64,000 bases of DNA from the human T2T-CHM13v2.0 reference genome, Homo sapiens: NCBI RefSeq assembly GCF_009914755.1, contig NC_060947.1; one strand, given 5' to 3'. Below, piece by piece: positions 58,391-64,000 of this stretch. Numbering within the stretch: the stretch's first letter is position 1; the number at the start of each line of letters is the position of its first letter. The position numbers were made by a program, and so were the translations under genes. The notes beneath the pieces were generated by a model. That model was not told the DNA's origin. It worked only from the letters and a program-made list of their open reading frames with translations, and did no database searches.

Positions 58391-58913
58391 TCACTCTCTC
58401 CAGTGGTCCTAGCACTTCCTGTGAGAGGTCTTGCTGTCATTGTCTCTAAAAGCATGAAACAAAGGAAGTCAGATCTCTGCCCCTTTGGAATGCAGCTACT
58501 GTGGGGCTACGTGTTTCTAGTTTCCATTACAGAAATACTGAATCCACCCGTGCCCCTACCACACCCACACCGGGAACTCAGGAGAAGGGGAGGCAGGGCT
58601 GTGGTTTCTGGCCTGCTGTGGCACTAGAAGGTTCATAGCGGTGAGTCTGATCGGCTTTCTGGGTGTCAGACCAGACGGAAGAACCAAAGCCAGTCACCAT
58701 CATCAGTAGTATTCTAGCTCTGGAGCTTACGTGTTCACCAATGACAGTGTCTGCCCAAATCTTCCTTCTGGCTTGGCTGCTGGGCATTGACCCTACCTAG
58801 CGGAAGCTTAGGACACACCTATCCCTGGAATTCTGGGCAAATTCTCCCAGCTCAGGAGAGTGGTGGGCTGTTTTTGGTTCCTCTGCTTTTTAAATTCTAT
58901 CTGTTATGGTTAG

Positions 58914-59352
58914 TATCAGGCCTCTGAGCCCAAGCTAAGCCATCGTAACCCCTGTGACCTGCACGTATACATCCAGATGGCCTGAAGCAAGTGAAGAATC
59001 ACAAAAGAAGTGAAAATGGCCGGTTCCTGCCTTAACTGATGACATTCCACCATTGTGATTTGTTCCTGCCCCACCTTAACTGAGCAATTAACCTTGTGAA
59101 ATTCCTTCACCTGGCTCCAAACCTCCCCCACTGAGCACCTTGTGGCCCCTGCCCCTGCCCATAAGAGAAAAACCCACTTTGATTGTAATTTTTCACTACC
59201 TACCCAAATCCTATAAAACAGCCCCACCCACCCCTATCTCCCTTCACTGACTCTCTTTTTGGACTCAGCCCGCCTGCACCCAGGTAAAATAAACAGCCCC
59301 GTTGCTCACACAAAGCCTGTTTGGTGGTCTCTTCACATGGACGTGCATGAAA
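58914..59352 (+). mobile_element. LTR7-family (HERV-H) solo LTR
   Basis: TCAGGCCTCTGAGCCCAAGCTAAGCCATC...CCTATAAAA (TATA ~59213)...GTGCATGAAA; near-TSD GTTAG/TTTAG. Confidence 0.9.
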
Positions 59353-59637
59353 TTTAGTCCCTTAATCATCATCACTGTGGAAGGTAATGTTTATTAAACA
59401 CCTACAGCATGGCAGGCCTTGTTCTGAGTGTTCTACTTGAATCTCTTCATTTCATCTTCTTTTCAGCCCTATGAACTAATTACTGTGAAAATTCCATTGT
59501 ACAGATGAGGCTCAGAAAGCTAAAACAACCTGCCTAAAGTCACAAATCCAGTAAGTGGCAGATCTGTGACTTGAAACCCTCTGTCTGCATTGAGAGTCTC
59601 TGTTCCTCCTATTTAGCCACACTGACTCCCATACTTC

Positions 59638-60321
59638 TGAAACCGCCTTTGCAAAATTATGACTAAGACAGTGAAAGAGATTTAACTTAACCAACTCCAT
59701 TTTGCTTCTAACCTCCAAGCTGTCCTTGTTCATTCCTGGGCGTAGGCCCAACTAACCTTGGAGAAAAACTTAGTTTATAGTTTGAACAAAGATGGTAATA
59801 GCCTTTCCCAAAGCAGACTTCCTTCTTGCCTGGGAACTAGATTGCCTTTGTAGGACCAACATTGGCCACAAGACTAGAAATTATAGTTTAGGAGTCATGC
59901 AGCTGGAGGCTACAAGATTCTAACCCTTCCTAAACTGCTCCTAAGATCAGTGGTTGAGATATTTTGTAAACCCTGCACTTGATGGATCAGCTGGCACCAC
60001 CCAAATGGATAAACTGGCTCATCTGATCTTGTGGCCGCCACCCAGGAACTGACTCAGCACAAGAAGACAGCTTCGACTCGCTATGATTTCATCTCCGGCC
60101 AATCAGCACTCCTGGCTCACTGGCTTCCCCCCACCCACCAAGTTATCCTTAAAAACTCTGCTCCCTGAATGCTCGAGAAGACTGATTTAGGTAATAATAA
60201 AACTCCAGTCTCCCACACAGCCGGTTCTGCATGAATTACTCTTTCTCTATTGCAATTCCCCTGTCTTCATAAATCGGCTCTGCCTAGGCAGTGGGCAAGG
60301 TAAACCCCTTGGGCAGTTACA
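59638..60321 (+). mobile_element. LTR8 solo LTR (MIR at ~59380-59630 upstream)
   Basis: TGAAACCGCCTTTGCAAAATTATGAC...GGGCAGTTACA; TSD CTTC. Confidence 0.9.
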
Positions 60322-60662
60322 CTTCCTCCTCCCACCCCAGTGCCCTGACCCCTCCATGCCATCTCAGCAGCATGATGTTTACATATGGGTCCTAGATTTG
60401 TGTAGTGTTTTCCAGGCAGCAAGCTTAGTATTTCTTCCTGGATACAGAGGACATTCAACGAAGCACTTCCCTTTCTGTATTGCAATTAAGACCAATTGTC
60501 TTAAGGTGGGAAACTACTCCACATACAAAGCATAGTGGTTAAAGGCAGGGGTTCTGATACTTGGAGATGTCAGGGACTAATAAAGTTAATAAAATTGGGT
60601 CCTGACATAGGTTATTATCTTTTTATTTCACTAATTAAGGACATTTAAAACAACACCATTTA

Positions 60663-61681
<1,019 letters not shown>

Positions 61682-63555
61682 ATCCTCTCTCAAAATATTT
61701 AATAACAGAAATAATATCTAAACCTTGTAAAGAAAGATTACAATGTGGCAGGTTCTGCTCTCAGTCTTTCAATGAAATATCTGATTCAATCCTCATAAAA
61801 ATCCTGTTCAGTAAGCTTGTTATCCCCATTTTATAGGCAAGGAAATTGAAGAAAAAGAAACAATATGTAAATTGCTTCTGCCTCTGCTGATAACCATTAT
61901 AGTTAGCATACTATAATATACTGTCTCTCTCTTTCATAAAAGACAAGAGTAACCTTTAGGCCCACAAGGGAGGCCCTGATCTCAGAATTTAGGAATAGCC
62001 AAGTAAAACACAGACACCTCTGAGTTTGAGCCTTGGGAAAATGAGCATTGTGTCTGTTTCCTGAAATTTAAGATGAAAACACTAATATCTGTTGTGAGGA
62101 GTAAATGACAACATATACCGAGTATTTACACAGTAACTGGCACATAAGAACCTCCGAATACATACCAGCTGTAAGGCTTATTGTCACTCTTCCTCCTTGC
62201 ACAGCCCTATGAGTTCATCTCTTGCTGGGAAGGAGCTGAGTATGGATACTACAGACTGGTCCTGTTATTGAGGTCAGATAAATTTGATGTTCCTCCTTCC
62301 CTCACTCTCTCCCATTTCCTCCTCCTTGACCGAACTGAAACGGGCAGAAATATTTGGGCTTTACTTCCCATTGGTTGAAATTGTTGCTATAACAGCATTC
62401 ATAAGCATTCTTTCTGGGAACCCTGGGTAAGAGCTGCTTAAAGACTTCTGAGGCTTCTTCAGCTACTGCTGCTGGTACTCCAAACAAGGATCTGATCATT
62501 CATGTATCAGAGTTTGTTAGGAATGGGGACTGTCTACAAAAAAAAGTACCTACAGTGGTTCTCCCCATTCATCACCAAGACCCCACACTTGACCATGCTC
62601 CCAGCTCTTTCTGCCCATTCTGCCTACCTAGCATCTCATTAGGAAGGTACAGATAAAAAAAGAGCTAGAAAAGGTCATTGGGAGGATCAAGAATGATTTG
62701 TCCCCACAGATATGTAAGGATAAAATCCTAGTATTTTCCTTCTCCCGTTGGAACACAGGGCTCCATGGAGAAAGTTCTAAAGAGGGTCTTCCCATGGACA
62801 AAGACTTCGCCTTAATTGCTTGGTGTTGGCGGTCATGATTTTGACTCCTGGTTAATTCATCAAGAGCCATTTTGCCAAAATCCAAGTCACAGAATGACCA
62901 AGTGAACAAGTGAGCCATTCTTGGAGCAATCAAGTTGCCAATGACTAGTTCATGCAAGCTTAAGAAATTAACTGATTTACAAAACACTTTGTTGTTTTTG
63001 CAGAGTTTACTACAATTTACTCTGAGTGAATGGGCATGGCATAAGGGCTATGGAGAGCCAGTTCTATAATGTTCTGTGCCTTCAGACATATCCTCTCCCA
63101 TCGGTCGGTCTTTCCCCAGTCTGGAATGGGCAGTTTCAGGAGACTGTTTTCCCCCAGTAGATGACCCTCTCTCCCATCCCCAACCCACAGCTACAGCAAC
63201 AGGAACTTAGCTGAAGCCATCCAGCTGACGCCCAAGACCATTCCAGTCAATGAACTAAGGACAAGCGTATGAGTGTCCCCCCACCCCCATCCCAACCCCA
63301 TGCTCCAGACCTACCCTCATGGCCACTGAGTGGGACACTGGAAACTTTGCCTTCCTGAGAGAACGGGGCTCTCTCTGAGAGTGGAAACATCTCTGTTGTC
63401 TTGGCTCCCAGACTGCTGCCACCACAGTGCAACCACCCAAAGCAAAGGGAATCATGGAAGCTATTTCACGTATGCTGACAAAGCCCTGCCCCAGTCCTAG
63501 GGGACCTCCCACCAATGTGAAGAGGTGTGTGTGTGTGTAATACAATTGTGGGGGC

Positions 63556-64000
63556 TTTTTTCTTTTTTTTTTTTTATTGTACTTTAAGTTCTAGGGTACA
63601 TGTGCACAACATGCAGGTTTGTTACATATGTATACATGTGCCATGTTGGTGTGCTGCACCCATTAACTCGTCATTTAATATTCGGTATATCTCCTAATGC
63701 TATCCCTCCCCCCTCCCCCCACCCCACAACAGGCCCCGGTGTGTGATGTTCCCCTTCCTGTGTCCATGTGTTCTCATTGTTCAATTCCCACCTATGAGTG
63801 AGAATATGCGGTGTTTGGTTTTTGGCCTTGTGATAGTTTGCTGAGAATGATGGTTTCCAGCTTTATCCATGTCCCTACAAAGGACGTGAACTCATCATTT
63901 TTTATGGCTGCATAGTATTCCATGGTGTATATGTGCCACGTTTTCTTAATCCAGTCTATCATTGTTGGACATTTGGGTTGGTTCCAAGTCTTTGCTATTG
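63556..64000 (-). mobile_element. Young L1PA 3' end (continues beyond window)
   Basis: Poly-T then TACTTTAAGTTCTAGGGTACATGTGCACAAC..., CCCTCCCCCCTCCCCCCACCCC. Confidence 0.95.

Overview
Primate (probably human) repeat-rich genomic DNA with no intact conventional gene. The first ~36 kb holds three diverged paralogous duplication units. Unit A is on + (~2.5-11.6 kb); units B (~14.0-22.7 kb) and C (~22.7-36.1 kb) are on -, so A is inverted against tandem B and C. Each unit carries a CpG-rich, three-exon RHOX/ESX1-type paired-like homeobox gene relic (85/334/46-nt coding exons), consistent with the RHOXF1 pseudogene cluster at Xq24 (recalled, not checked). All inactivating lesions are private to each copy. 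All three share a GC in place of the exon-3 GT donor, no detectable helix-3 (WFxNRR) exon, and a near-identical in-frame read-through (ASKPDESNWSE*) followed by AATAAA. This suggests the duplicated ancestor encoded a ~166-aa homeodomain protein without its recognition helix. The units sit in a degenerate ~140-bp AT-rich tandem array that flips orientation near 0.9 kb. The rest is Alu, L1, MIR, MER20 and many LTR/ERV elements (MER51, THE1, LTR12, MLT2, MER50, MER4, LTR2, ERVL gag-pro-pol, LTR7, LTR8), plus a 3'UTR retrocopy and an unexplained ~140-bp-arm inverted repeat. Repeat family names come from recalled consensus sequences, not a database search.
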